From NCBI GenBank assembly GCA_019058445.1, contig JAHPZA010000009.1:160001-224000 (forward strand): 64,000 nt of DNA, in the 5' to 3' direction. Numbering within the stretch: position 1 is the stretch's first letter; the number at the start of each line of letters is the position of its first letter. The DNA is from Promethearchaeota archaeon. Lineage in GTDB: Archaea; Asgardarchaeota; Lokiarchaeia; Sigyniarchaeales; SOKP01. Both the position numbers and the translations under genes were made by a program. Shown one piece after another: positions 54,176 through 64,000 of this stretch. Below the pieces are notes generated by a model, which was not told where the DNA came from, searched no databases, and was given only the letters and a program-made list of their open reading frames with translations.

Positions 54176-55561
54176 ACCTTTAGGGATATTTCATCAATAA
54201 AATATCAAAATCAAATAAAATTATTAGCAGAAAAATTAAGAATAAAGCCCTTACCTAAAAATATCTTGAATATTGAAATATCTGCACTTTTTTTTTACCA
54301 AGCAAAAGAAGTTTATTTAAAGAATAATGGTAAAATTTTCTTTGTAATAACCAAAGGAGTGATAACAGGTTCCCATACTTCTCGTTTTCGCAATTTTAGA
54401 GGATATAAAAACGTTAAAATATGGAGCTTTGAACCCCGGTTAGAGAAATTGTTCAATATTGGTTTCATCTGCTTATTTGCCCAGAAATCAGAAAATACCT
54501 CAAAACTTTACAATAAAAAAATTACACATTTTCACGTTGAATTAAAAAACGAAGCTTACCAGATTGAATATTTTAGTAAGTTGGAATTGAAAATTGTAGA
54601 GAAAGATGTATTATTACCTTATTTTATTGAGAAAAGAGGAAAGAAAATCTTTACAAAGAAACTCATTCCACAAAAATTGTCTAAGGATCTTTTACCATAT
54701 GCTGAAAGTGTATATAAAAAATTGTTTCATAAGGGGGCAGATATAAATCCCAGAAATCTCATATTTGTGAACTATGAAGAAATTGAAGATAATTTAATTA
54801 AAATAAACCCAGATAAAAGAATATTTAAGAGAGCTAAAGCTCCATGGAATCTGAAAGAGTTCAATGATGAAATTGTAGAGAAAAAATATATTTTTAAAGT
54901 TATCAAAAGCACGGAGTTAGTTAAATTTCAAGTATTTGACTATTATAATGTTTTCTTACCTCTTTCTAATGGAAATTTTAATTACGATTATAATGAATTA
55001 ACTGATAATGCTAAGCGTTTTTATAATAAAATCAATCAGGTTTATTTAAAAAAAAAGAAATCTACCACAAAACATTCATCACTTTTAGAAAATCTTAATC
55101 GATGGTCGAAGTTGATAAATCAGCGTCAGCAATCGAAAATAAAATGTGTATATAATAATTCGGGATCAATTTTGAATTCTGCAGTGGTTTTAGGAGATTT
55201 TTTAGTAACCGGGGATTTATCTTTTTATGATACAGATAGCCTTGATGAAGCTTATTATTTGTCATCAATATTAAATTCAAATTTAATGCAAAAGCAAGTT
55301 AAAATAAGAAAGAGTTCCAGACATATTTTTAAAATTCCCTTTGAAATTCCAATTGAAAAATATAATACACACAACAAAAATCATAAGCATTTAGCAGAGA
55401 TTGGAAAGCAGTGTCAAAAAATTGCAGAAAAAACAACAAAAAAGTTGATGTTAAAGAGTTCTCATAATATTTCAAAGATTAAACTTCAAAAGGCACTTAA
55501 AAACAGATTAAATCCTCTTCTAACGCAAATAGATGAGATATTAAAATTAGAGTTTAACTGA
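54176..55561 (+). pseudogene. C-terminal half of the interrupted N6-MTase (rest of catalytic domain plus TRD)
   Basis: Reads TFRDISSIKYQNQIKLLAEKL..., LKNNGKIFFVIT, EAYYLSSILNS; lacks SAM-binding motif I and NPP. Confidence 0.85.
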
Positions 55562-55639
55562 TTAATATTTCTAAGGGGATTCTGTAGAACGAATGATTAA
55601 AAATACCAAAATTAATAAAATTAAATCATTATTAATTAC

Positions 55640-56188
55640 ATGAGTACTCATCAAAACGGGGATCTATTCATGAATAAATTTTTTCTGTTCAAAATACTTA
55701 TCGGTGGCGATGCAAGTGTAGGTAAAACGACACTGTTGCGCAGATTCGTAGATGGCATGTTTGATGAGAGCACCATTATGACTGTGGGTGTTGATTTTTT
55801 TATAAAACAAATGAGTTTCGACGGTGTGAATTGTGCACTTCAACTCTGGGATTTAGGCGGTCAAGAACAATTTAGGCATCTTATGTCTAGTTATGTAATG
55901 GGGGCGAGGGGCGCATTACTTTTAATAGATTTAACTCGAATGCCAGAATTGAATAGAGTGTTAGAATGGGTAAATATAATTAGAATGCACGATATCGATC
56001 TTCCGATAATACTCGTAGGAACCAAATTAGATCTCGAGGAAATGATAGCGATAGATGATGAAATAGCCTTAAACATCAAGGACACATTTAATATGATTGA
56101 TTATGTAAAAACTTCTTCTAAAACTGGGCACAATGTTGAGAAAGCATTTAAAATAATGGCTGAAAGGTTGATTCATATTAAAGAGTAG
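55640..56188 (+). CDS. Rab-like small GTPase
   Basis: GDASVGKT, TVGVDF, WDLGGQE, GTKLD, TSSK; no C-terminal Cys prenylation motif. Confidence 0.93.
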   Translation: MSTHQNGDLFMNKFFLFKILIGGDASVGKTTLLRRFVDGMFDESTIMTVGVDFFIKQMSFDGVNCALQLWDLGGQEQFRHLMSSYVMGARGALLLIDLTRMPELNRVLEWVNIIRMHDIDLPIILVGTKLDLEEMIAIDDEIALNIKDTFNMIDYVKTSSKTGHNVEKAFKIMAERLIHIKE

Positions 56189-56295
56189 TAGAAATTTCTT
56201 TATTCAAGTTTTATTCTATGATTTAAAATCATAAAAATTATTTTCTTTAAACCCATTCAATTTAAATATACAAAAAAAACTTAAAAATTCGCATT

Positions 56296-57105
56296 ATGGA
56301 AGATGAAATAGTTATTCTTGGTTCTGGTGGGGGTAGACATCATATCAGAACGCAACATAGAGCTACCGGAGGGATATTATTCAAATTTAACGGTATTCAA
56401 GCTCATATAGATCCAGGACCAGGTGCAATAGTGAGATTAAATCAATACCATGAAGATCCGACGAAAACAGAAATGTTTATCGTAACGCACGTTCACATAG
56501 ATCATTTCAACGATTTAAGCGCAATTATTGAATCTTCCCGGGAATCTCTTCACGATAAAAAGTATGATTACTTCAGAAAGGGGATTTTACTTACTACGAA
56601 TGAAACTTTAAGATATGTTTCTGACTATCATTTAAATATGCTTGAAAAGGTCGTTCCTTTTAAAGCTGGAGATATCTTTCATTATAAAGGTGTAAAAATA
56701 ATTGGAACAAAAGTTTTACATTCACCAAAAAATGAAGGATTTGGCGTAAAATTCAATTTACAGGATTATTCAATTGCTTTTTCGAGCGATACAATGGTTT
56801 TTGATGGTTTTTCAGAGCAATTTTCAGGTGCAAATATCTTAATATTAAATTTATTAAGACCAGACTCAGTTACTTGCAAGCGACATTTATGCACAGATGA
56901 GGTTATTCCATATTTGAATAAATTAGAACCCTGTCTTGATGCTCTCATCATCACTCATTTTGGATCTTATATGGATGGACCACGATCTGAAAGAAATCAT
57001 GTTCCTAGTCAAGTGAAAAAATTTAAAGAGAAAACTAAAATAAAAAAAGTAATCCCTGCCGAAGATGGATTAAAAATTAAAATTTCTGATTTACTAAATA
57101 AATAA
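56296..57105 (+). CDS. Metallo-beta-lactamase fold hydrolase (RNase Z-like)
   Basis: LGSGGG, IDPGPG, THVHIDH, SSDT, ITHF. Confidence 0.9.
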   Translation: MEDEIVILGSGGGRHHIRTQHRATGGILFKFNGIQAHIDPGPGAIVRLNQYHEDPTKTEMFIVTHVHIDHFNDLSAIIESSRESLHDKKYDYFRKGILLTTNETLRYVSDYHLNMLEKVVPFKAGDIFHYKGVKIIGTKVLHSPKNEGFGVKFNLQDYSIAFSSDTMVFDGFSEQFSGANILILNLLRPDSVTCKRHLCTDEVIPYLNKLEPCLDALIITHFGSYMDGPRSERNHVPSQVKKFKEKTKIKKVIPAEDGLKIKISDLLNK

Positions 57106-57235
57106 AATCTAATTTTACATGAAATTTCTTTCTGAAATCGTCTTGAAAATTACCTTCTAAATGTGAGTACTATAAGAACATAAAATGAAATAATAATTGT
57201 ATCTTTTTATATTAAGATACTTATATGTAATCAAG

Positions 57236-57357
57236 GAAGGGAAATTACGTAATGATTAACAGGTCAAAACATTGGATTTCGCCCTCTATTAAACTCAATG
57301 GAGTTTAATTCTCTCCCTAATTTTTTACATAAATAGGCCTGCTTTTCGCTACCCTTC
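57236..57357 (-). repeat. Structured dispersed element, copy 3
   Basis: GGGAGAGA-ATTAAACTC catt GAGTTTAAT-AGAGGGCGAAATCCAATG, closed by GAAGGG/CCCTTC. Confidence 0.7.
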
Positions 57358-57406
57358 ACTTTTTTTCTTAAAAATAAATTAGTGTCTTAAGAGAGTTAAT
57401 CACATT

Positions 57407-58828
57407 TTATGATTGTTCATTTTTTATTTTGTTAATAATTCCATGGGCAGCAATAATTCCGGTAACAGCAGCTCCAATAATACCTCTCGACATTCCGGCT
57501 CCATCACCCGCAAAAAAAAGATTTTTAATTTTTTTAGATTCCAAAAACGAGTTTGTATCTATTCTTTTAGCACTGCGTTTAAATTCAGGGGCATATATTA
57601 AAGTGCTGTTATTATTTACTCCTGGAATTACTTTATCAAGAATCTCTAAACCTTCTATAATATCTTTTACGAAGCGATAAGGATATGCCATAGCTATATC
57701 CCCGGGAGTGGCATCTTTTAAAGTGGGTTGTACTGGATTACGTTCAATTAAGGATTTTCTGGAACGATGGCCTCTTCGCAAATCTCCAAGAGTTTGAATT
57801 AATGGTTTATATCCTCCAAGAATCGATGTTTGTTTCGCAATTGATCGTCCATATTCAGTAGTATCTTCGAGCGGAGATGTGAGTTGTTGTCGGATGAGAA
57901 ATGCAAAATTACTATTTTCAGATTTACCTTCAGTGGTAAGTTGATGACCATTTACACCTGCTATTTTTTCGCTATATGTTTCTTTTACTACATAGCCTTT
58001 ATGATTAACGCAAAACGTACGTACAAAATCATCATATGTATGAGTTATAATATGAAATTTTGGATCTCTTTGAATATGACATACTTGTTCCATAATAATT
58101 GCTGGTACCTCAACTCGTACCCCTATATCTAATGGCTCATAAAATGTTTTAATATCTAATTTATCGCATTGTTCTGCGAGCCAAATCATGCCCCAACGAC
58201 CGGGAGCAATAAGTAAATAATCAAAATTTTCTTTCTTTTCACCATCAAAATATAGATTTCCTTGCTCGTCGAACGTAGTTACTTTTGTATTGGGAATGAT
58301 TTCAATACTATAATTCGATTCAAGAAACTTTTGAATTGATCTAATTATATCAGCTGTTTTTTGGGACCCCAAAAGTCTTTGTTTAACTGGAACAAATCTA
58401 ATATCAACGGATGCACACCTACGCCTTAATTCTTTCAATTTTTCTTTTTTTTCTTTTTCAAGGGGATCAAAGATCTTATTGGGAGCGCCATTTTGAACAA
58501 AAAATTCATCAATTTGCTGAATGATTTTATCTGCGTTAAGATTAGCATTTTCACACAATTCTCCAAGGTTTCCACCAATATTTTTATTTAAATTTAAGAT
58601 CCCTGAAGAAAAACATCCTGCTCCACCCACACCGCTCATAATCCTACACGGATCACATAAAGCACATGCGAGTTCTTCTTCTTTAATAGGGCAATGTCTA
58701 TTTTCTATTTTAGGTCCTTGTTCAAAAATAGATATATCCACAGTTTCTACACCAGCCTTTCCAAGTTCATTTGCAGCAAATAAACCAGCTGAACCTGCTC
58801 CCACAATCCCTATTTTAATTGTTGTCAT
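57407..58828 (-). CDS. FAD-dependent oxidoreductase (COG2509-like)
   Basis: GAGSAG, GVGGAG, DIGVRVE, VRTFC, VNGH, FAGDGAG. Confidence 0.88.
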   Translation of the reverse strand: MTTIKIGIVGAGSAGLFAANELGKAGVETVDISIFEQGPKIENRHCPIKEEELACALCDPCRIMSGVGGAGCFSSGILNLNKNIGGNLGELCENANLNADKIIQQIDEFFVQNGAPNKIFDPLEKEKKEKLKELRRRCASVDIRFVPVKQRLLGSQKTADIIRSIQKFLESNYSIEIIPNTKVTTFDEQGNLYFDGEKKENFDYLLIAPGRWGMIWLAEQCDKLDIKTFYEPLDIGVRVEVPAIIMEQVCHIQRDPKFHIITHTYDDFVRTFCVNHKGYVVKETYSEKIAGVNGHQLTTEGKSENSNFAFLIRQQLTSPLEDTTEYGRSIAKQTSILGGYKPLIQTLGDLRRGHRSRKSLIERNPVQPTLKDATPGDIAMAYPYRFVKDIIEGLEILDKVIPGVNNNSTLIYAPEFKRSAKRIDTNSFLESKKIKNLFFAGDGAGMSRGIIGAAVTGIIAAHGIINKIKNEQS

Positions 58829-58953
58829 ATCTAATCATTTAATTTACTTAAATTTCCTTCTTGCTTAAAAACTCTTAAATGTTAAAATATTCTATAATAG
58901 TGAGGATTCAAATAGAATAAATAATTTATAATTTAATTCAGTATGAAAAGATC

Positions 58954-59091
58954 TTAGTCTTCATTCTCAGATTTCTTTCCAACAATATTAAAATCAATGA
59001 TTTTATCATTGGGTGGTCTTTGTTCTTTGATCAGAGAATCTTCCACTCCAATTATTTTAGGATGAGGTTTTTCTGAATTTTTCTCGCCCAA
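58954..59091 (-). CDS. Possible 45-aa small protein
   Basis: GGGGA RBS, TTG start, MGEKNSEKPHPKIIGVEDS... Confidence 0.35.
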   Translation of the reverse strand: MGEKNSEKPHPKIIGVEDSLIKEQRPPNDKIIDFNIVGKKSENED

Positions 59092-59378
59092 TTGAATCCC
59101 CAATTTGTATTATATATTTAATATGAAGATAATTTTATTTTTTTTTTAATGATGATTATATTAAAGTCAAACTCAAATTTAAATTAAAACATAGCGATAA
59201 TTTAAGAAGAAATAATAGATAATCAACATCATATCAAGATTTAAGTATGTCCATCCATAATTTAGAAGATTAAATTAGTGCGTTATTGATAAATCACTAA
59301 AAAAACTTTTATAATCATCTTGATATATTCTTAATATTAAATATTTCATAATAGAGGTTACCAATATATTCGTAAATT

Positions 59379-60332
59379 ATGATATCTAGAATTCTGATTA
59401 TGGCTCCGGGAGGTGTAATTTAGAAAGAATTCCTTTCTAAACGCTACCTCTGCTACAGCAAGAACTTTATCGGAGACATGCAAAAGGATGATAATTTAAT
59501 CGAAGAAGATTTAGTTGGGGGATTTCTTAATGCTATTAGTAGTTTTGCACAAGAAATACAAGGCGGAGCCATAGAGTCTTTAAATTTTAGAAATTTCGAT
59601 TTCATTTATTCATATGATGAAGAATTTGGGTGTATGTTTGTACTAGTTATAGACATCGGTGATCCAGAAGAGGTAGTGAGAGAAAAACTTGAACTTATGA
59701 AAAACAAGTTCATGGAAAGATATAGAGAAGAGATACGAACATTTAGTGGATGCATTTCTGTTTTTGATGAGTTTGATGAATTTGTAGAAGAGAATATATT
59801 TATACCACCAAAAGTATTATTAGTAGGTGAGCCGGGGGTTGGGAAAACAACGATTATGAATTTATTTCCCGGAGAGACAATCTTAGAATTAGATGAGGAT
59901 TTAAACGAGATCATTCAAAAACCAATAGATAATATTAATTTAAGAAGCATAAAACAAATTACATTAAGGGAAATGGACTTAAGTGAATTAGTGGATAAAT
60001 CAAAACTATATAGACCTCTATTAAACTCGATAGATGCCATTTGTATAGTTTCTAACTCAGCAGCCAGTAATTTGTCTAGAACAAAGAATTTATTTTCTCG
60101 ATTAAAACCATTAGTGAAAAATACTGATTTCTATTTAATCGCAAATTTCCAAGATTTAAAAGAATACGCTTTTGAACCAAAGAAAATCGAAGATATGTTT
60201 GACGGGATAAAGACCTATGGATATTCAGCAACTCAAGATGATGCGAAAAGTAATTTTCTTCAGATATTGACAGAAATCTTAGAAAAATCTGTAGTCGAAA
60301 AGATTGAAATGAAACAAAAAAATTCATCTTGA
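59379..60332 (+). CDS. Longin-domain/small GTPase fusion; predicted join(59379..59417,59448..60332)
   Basis: MISRILIMAPGGV+LCYSKNF; LVGGFLNAISSFAQE longin helix; GEPGVGKT, NFQD, SAT. Confidence 0.8.
59418..59447 (+). other. Candidate 30-nt archaeal BHB intron in mRNA
   Basis: Contains an in-frame TAG; 9-bp hairpin, two 3-nt bulges, 4-bp central helix; excision restores the ORF. Confidence 0.75.
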
Positions 60333-60390
60333 TGGAAACTTCATATGTTTTAGATTTTAATTAAAGTTTTTAACGAAATTTGATATAATC

Positions 60391-60879
60391 ATGAGTCTTC
60401 CAGATAAATACGTATTCCCCGTTTATATCTATAAGGACATCTTAGACGAAATTAAAAATGTGTGCAAAAAAGCGAAATTAGAAGTTTTTGGATATTTAAT
60501 AGGGACTATTCATACATGGAATAAAAAAACCTACATAATTATTGAGGACCAACTCTTTCTCATAGGAGCAGTCCATAGTGATAAATATTCAACTTCCCAA
60601 ATAGAGGGAACCGCGGGAAAATACGAGAAAAAATTTCAAAAATTAAAACGTAAAAAAAATAATCAAGAACTGAGAATTGTTGGATGGTGGCATTCACATC
60701 CAGGATTTTCCTGTTTCCTTTCAAGAACGGACCTTCATACGCAAGAAGCTTTTTTTTATGAATCCTACCAAGTCGCATTAGTAGTTGATCCGATTAAAAA
60801 AGAGCTTGCATTCTTTACCTTAGATGGAAAATCAGATAATAGATATAAAGAAATTAGCTATGCAGTTATAAAACCATAG
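60391..60879 (+). CDS. JAB/MPN+ metalloprotease (deubiquitinase-like)
   Basis: EVFGYL, GWWHSHPGFSCFLSRTD. Confidence 0.93.
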   Translation: MSLPDKYVFPVYIYKDILDEIKNVCKKAKLEVFGYLIGTIHTWNKKTYIIIEDQLFLIGAVHSDKYSTSQIEGTAGKYEKKFQKLKRKKNNQELRIVGWWHSHPGFSCFLSRTDLHTQEAFFYESYQVALVVDPIKKELAFFTLDGKSDNRYKEISYAVIKP

Positions 60880-60915
60880 TATTAAATATAAAATTAAATC
60901 ATAATATGTTTCCCT

Positions 60916-61794
60916 ATGAAGTTATCTGAAAATAAAGATGAGGAAGACTTTGAAGTTATATCTGAAGTATCGATTGATGATGATAAATATGATAGGCAAA
61001 AACGAATTGTAGGATGGGATCAAAGCAAAATATCGAACGCTACAGTAATGGTTGTTGGAGCTGGGGCAACGGGTAATGAACTGATCAAGAATTTAGTATT
61101 AACTGGAATCGGAAAACTAATTTTAATCGACTATGATACAATAAACATCTCTAATCTTAATCGATGCGTATTATTTGACAAAAAAAGTGCTAAAAAACAA
61201 GAGTATAAAGTAGACGTAGTGAAAAAGGCGGTAAAAAATTTAGGAGAAACAGAAATAGTTGCACTAAAGGAAGATTTAAATGATATTGATAAAGATTTCT
61301 ATAAAAAGTCTGATGTGATATGTTCTTGCGTAGACAATATTGAAGCTCGACTCCAATCAAATAATTATGCCTATTACTACGGAATTCCTTTCATAGATTC
61401 TGGGATAGATGAATTTTACGGAACGGTTCAGGCAGTCTATTCTGAAGTTAAGGATGCTGCCTGTATGCAATGTGGTGTTTCAGGTATGGATTTGGATCTT
61501 ATGTGGCAAAAATATTCCTGCACTGGTCAGGAGATTGAATCTGAAAATGGGGAAACTATCGGGAAAATGGCAACTCTTATCACCACCACTGCTATTATTG
61601 GGGGTATACAATCTCAACAAGTAATAAAATTCTTACTGGGATTAGATTATTTTAAAAAAACTGGAAAATGGAATCCAAATATTGGAGAACCTTTAATTGG
61701 TAAGCAACTTAACTATAATGGCTTAACCAATTCATTTGAAATTATAAACAAGATAAAAAATGAAGAATGTTGGGTGTGCTCTTATAAAAAGTAA
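60916..61794 (+). CDS. E1-like ubiquitin-activating enzyme (ThiF/UBA)
   Basis: YDRQ, GAGATG, SNLNR, CVDN..AR, CMQC, YSCT, CWVC. Confidence 0.92.
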   Translation: MKLSENKDEEDFEVISEVSIDDDKYDRQKRIVGWDQSKISNATVMVVGAGATGNELIKNLVLTGIGKLILIDYDTINISNLNRCVLFDKKSAKKQEYKVDVVKKAVKNLGETEIVALKEDLNDIDKDFYKKSDVICSCVDNIEARLQSNNYAYYYGIPFIDSGIDEFYGTVQAVYSEVKDAACMQCGVSGMDLDLMWQKYSCTGQEIESENGETIGKMATLITTTAIIGGIQSQQVIKFLLGLDYFKKTGKWNPNIGEPLIGKQLNYNGLTNSFEIINKIKNEECWVCSYKK

Positions 61795-61926
61795 ATATTT
61801 TTTTATATAATAGACCAAAATCAAAATAATATAAAGTTATTATTATAAACGAAAAAAATATATTTTTTAATATAAATTGTCATTATTAATAAAACAAATG
61901 GGTTAGGAATTAAAGAGGGTAATCAT

Positions 61927-62508
61927 ATGAGTCCAGAACTACCTCAAGAGATATGGAAAGACAGGCTCGAAAATGAGATTAAAGGATTAAGGAACTTAGC
62001 TGTTATTGAAGAAAATTCAATTATCAGAGAAGAAAACAGCATAGAGATAATGATTGATATTAAGGCTCTAGGGTTTGAATATGTAAAAGATAGTGAGGGG
62101 ATTGATTTAGTTCCGAAATGGAACCATCGAGTATTTTTAAAAATAAATAGAAGTTTTCCCTATCCAGGTGGTATTGATTTTGCTTGGTATTCTGATATAT
62201 TTCATCCTAATATTCATCCAGTTGAGTTATCTACTTCCGATCAACCTGGTACGGGGTACATATGTTTAAATGTGTTAAAGAAATGGTCCCGATTATCTGA
62301 TTTAGAAACAACGGTGAAAGCACTGAAATTGCTTGTAGAAAATCCAAATCCAGATGATCCATTGAATTATCCAATCTGCGGAGAGGCGGCTGAATTTTTC
62401 AAACAAAATACTATGGATGAGCTAAAAGTACAATATAATATTAAGGAGGAAGAAGAAAAAAAAGAAACTACAGAAGAATCTGATGATATTATTATTATTG
62501 ATGATTAA
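61927..62508 (+). CDS. E2 ubiquitin-conjugating enzyme
   Basis: FPY, IFHPNI, GYICLNVL..WS, LLVENPNPDDPLN. Confidence 0.93.
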   Translation: MSPELPQEIWKDRLENEIKGLRNLAVIEENSIIREENSIEIMIDIKALGFEYVKDSEGIDLVPKWNHRVFLKINRSFPYPGGIDFAWYSDIFHPNIHPVELSTSDQPGTGYICLNVLKKWSRLSDLETTVKALKLLVENPNPDDPLNYPICGEAAEFFKQNTMDELKVQYNIKEEEEKKETTEESDDIIIIDD

Positions 62509-62571
62509 AATAGTGTTTTATATCTAATTTACTTAAAATATCGTAAAAATAAGGAAAAAAAGAGGGTATTT

Positions 62572-62826
62572 TTATCCTCCTACTACTCTAGCCCATAATG
62601 CTAGTTTGTCATTTTCTTTTAAGCCAAATTTATGAATGGCATCCTTAACTGTAATATTGGTAGGTAATTCTTGACCATTAAGGACTAATGTGTAAGAGCG
62701 CTGCTCAACTGAAATGATGCCCATATGTTTTATTATGATATCCACGATTTTCTCGATTATATGATGCTCTTTGACATCCAATTTAATTAATTTGCCAGTT
62801 CGGCTATCTTCTACGGAAATTTTCAT
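62572..62826 (-). CDS. Ubiquitin-like protein ending in Gly-Gly
   Basis: Beta-grasp pattern; C-terminus RVVGG. Confidence 0.88.
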   Translation of the reverse strand: MKISVEDSRTGKLIKLDVKEHHIIEKIVDIIIKHMGIISVEQRSYTLVLNGQELPTNITVKDAIHKFGLKENDKLALWARVVGG

Positions 62827-63017
62827 GATTTTTACCCTTGATAATATTTTTTTACCAAACTTATTTTGGATTAATAGTTCTTGATTCCGATTCTATTTAT
62901 TAATTAACAAATAGTGTTAAGATATATATTAATTTTGATGATATACTCAAAACTAATTTTTAAGATTTTAAAATCCAGATCTTATTACAAATTGTTGACA
63001 GATTGTATTTATTCAAT

Positions 63018-64000
63018 TTATTTTGGAGTCTTTTTTTTGTACTTTGGTGTTTTTTTTGGAGGTATTTGAGATATATCAACAGGAATCTCAGTATCTTCCT
63101 CCTTAGACTGGTTTATCGGCCTGGATTTATCTATCGCTCCTAAACAACCCCAACACATATTATCAAGTTGAATTAACTCATTCGCACAATTTTTACAATA
63201 GAGAGATTTACATTCCGGACAAATATATATGCTAGTAAAGCCAATCTGAAGTGTCTTACAAACGATACAGAGCGTTTGGTCTCGATAATATTGTATATCT
63301 TCTTTTGAGAGATCATCCGGTCGTGAGTATGAAAGCGTTTGAATTAAGGTAATTTTAGGGCTTTCAAATGATTGGCGCTCTTTTAATGGCTCATTTTTAA
63401 GTTCAACACGTTCCTCTTTAATACTTAAATAAAATAAAATCCCTCCACTAATCATAATATATCTAATAGTTATTAAAGTAATATCGGGTAAAATAATCAA
63501 AACGTCTAATGACCCAACTCCGAAAAATAAAATAATAGCGAAGAAAAGGAATAACAGTTTTTTTCTTACAACACCTGAAGATTTAATACTCTGGCTCAAC
63601 AATATTATCTCTCCAACGAGTAATGCAGGAAATAAAGTCATTGATAGCAAAAAAAAGAGAGGAGACCATTCAATAAGAGTATTATCTATTAAATTTTCAC
63701 CTGACTTATTGGGATATTGGAAATTAATTGAATTAAAGGGATCTGTAAAGAGAAAAAATTCAAAAATTACACATAAAACAAAAATATAGATTAATAATAT
63801 TCGTTTTAGATGAGGATTAAGATCTGGAAATATAATGTCGGCTAAAAGATAGAACATAAAAACTAAAGGACCAAACCACATGTAAGTCAAAATACCATGC
63901 AATCCATAACTATTATCCAGATTTTTACCGGTTATGAGTATTAGCATAAAATCTAAAAATAAACCCAGAAATAGCAAACTGATAAAAATTACAATCAGCC
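63018..64000 (-). CDS. Multi-TM protein with C-terminal C4C4 RING-like finger (5' end outside window)
   Basis: TM helices, then CIVC..CPEC..YCKNC..CWGC. Confidence 0.75.
   Translation of the reverse strand, partial: LIVIFISLLFLGLFLDFMLILITGKNLDNSYGLHGILTYMWFGPLVFMFYLLADIIFPDLNPHLKRILLIYIFVLCVIFEFFLFTDPFNSINFQYPNKSGENLIDNTLIEWSPLFFLLSMTLFPALLVGEIILLSQSIKSSGVVRKKLLFLFFAIILFFGVGSLDVLIILPDITLITIRYIMISGGILFYLSIKEERVELKNEPLKERQSFESPKITLIQTLSYSRPDDLSKEDIQYYRDQTLCIVCKTLQIGFTSIYICPECKSLYCKNCANELIQLDNMCWGCLGAIDKSRPINQSKEEDTEIPVDISQIPPKKTPKYKKKTPK

Noticed and set aside
4191-61624. Many short antisense or overlapping ORFs in the track (e.g. 6121, 6675, 14923, 18275, 26032, 41675, 42125, 58521, 59606)
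   Set aside because: Shadows of well-supported genes, with no motifs of their own

Overview
AT-rich archaeal chromosomal window, most likely from an Asgard (Lokiarchaeia-like) genome. This is inferred from a Rab-like GTPase, a longin-GTPase fusion, a JAB-E1-E2-ubiquitin cluster and several Loki-type multi-TM proteins. Positions 1-20 kb hold anaerobic metabolism genes: two unusual glycyl radical enzymes with one activase, an HdrA-MvhD fusion, a GPH-family MFS transporter and wHTH regulators. A chromosomal N6-adenine DNA methyltransferase is split at its catalytic NPP motif by a ~32.7 kb island (about 21425-54175). The island carries its own MTase, a TFB-like/HNH/HTH protein, a virus-like operon, a radical SAM pair and a dense set of putative defence nucleases, several of them membrane-anchored. 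No integrase is recognisable. The strongest new signal is a 30-nt bulge-helix-bulge (BHB) intron candidate at 59418-59447 in the longin-GTPase gene upstream of the ubiquitin genes; its removal deletes an in-frame stop and restores the N-terminus. A dispersed structured element with the core AGGGYGAAATCCAATG and covarying stems occurs at least three times. All family calls come from reading motifs by eye; no database searches were run.
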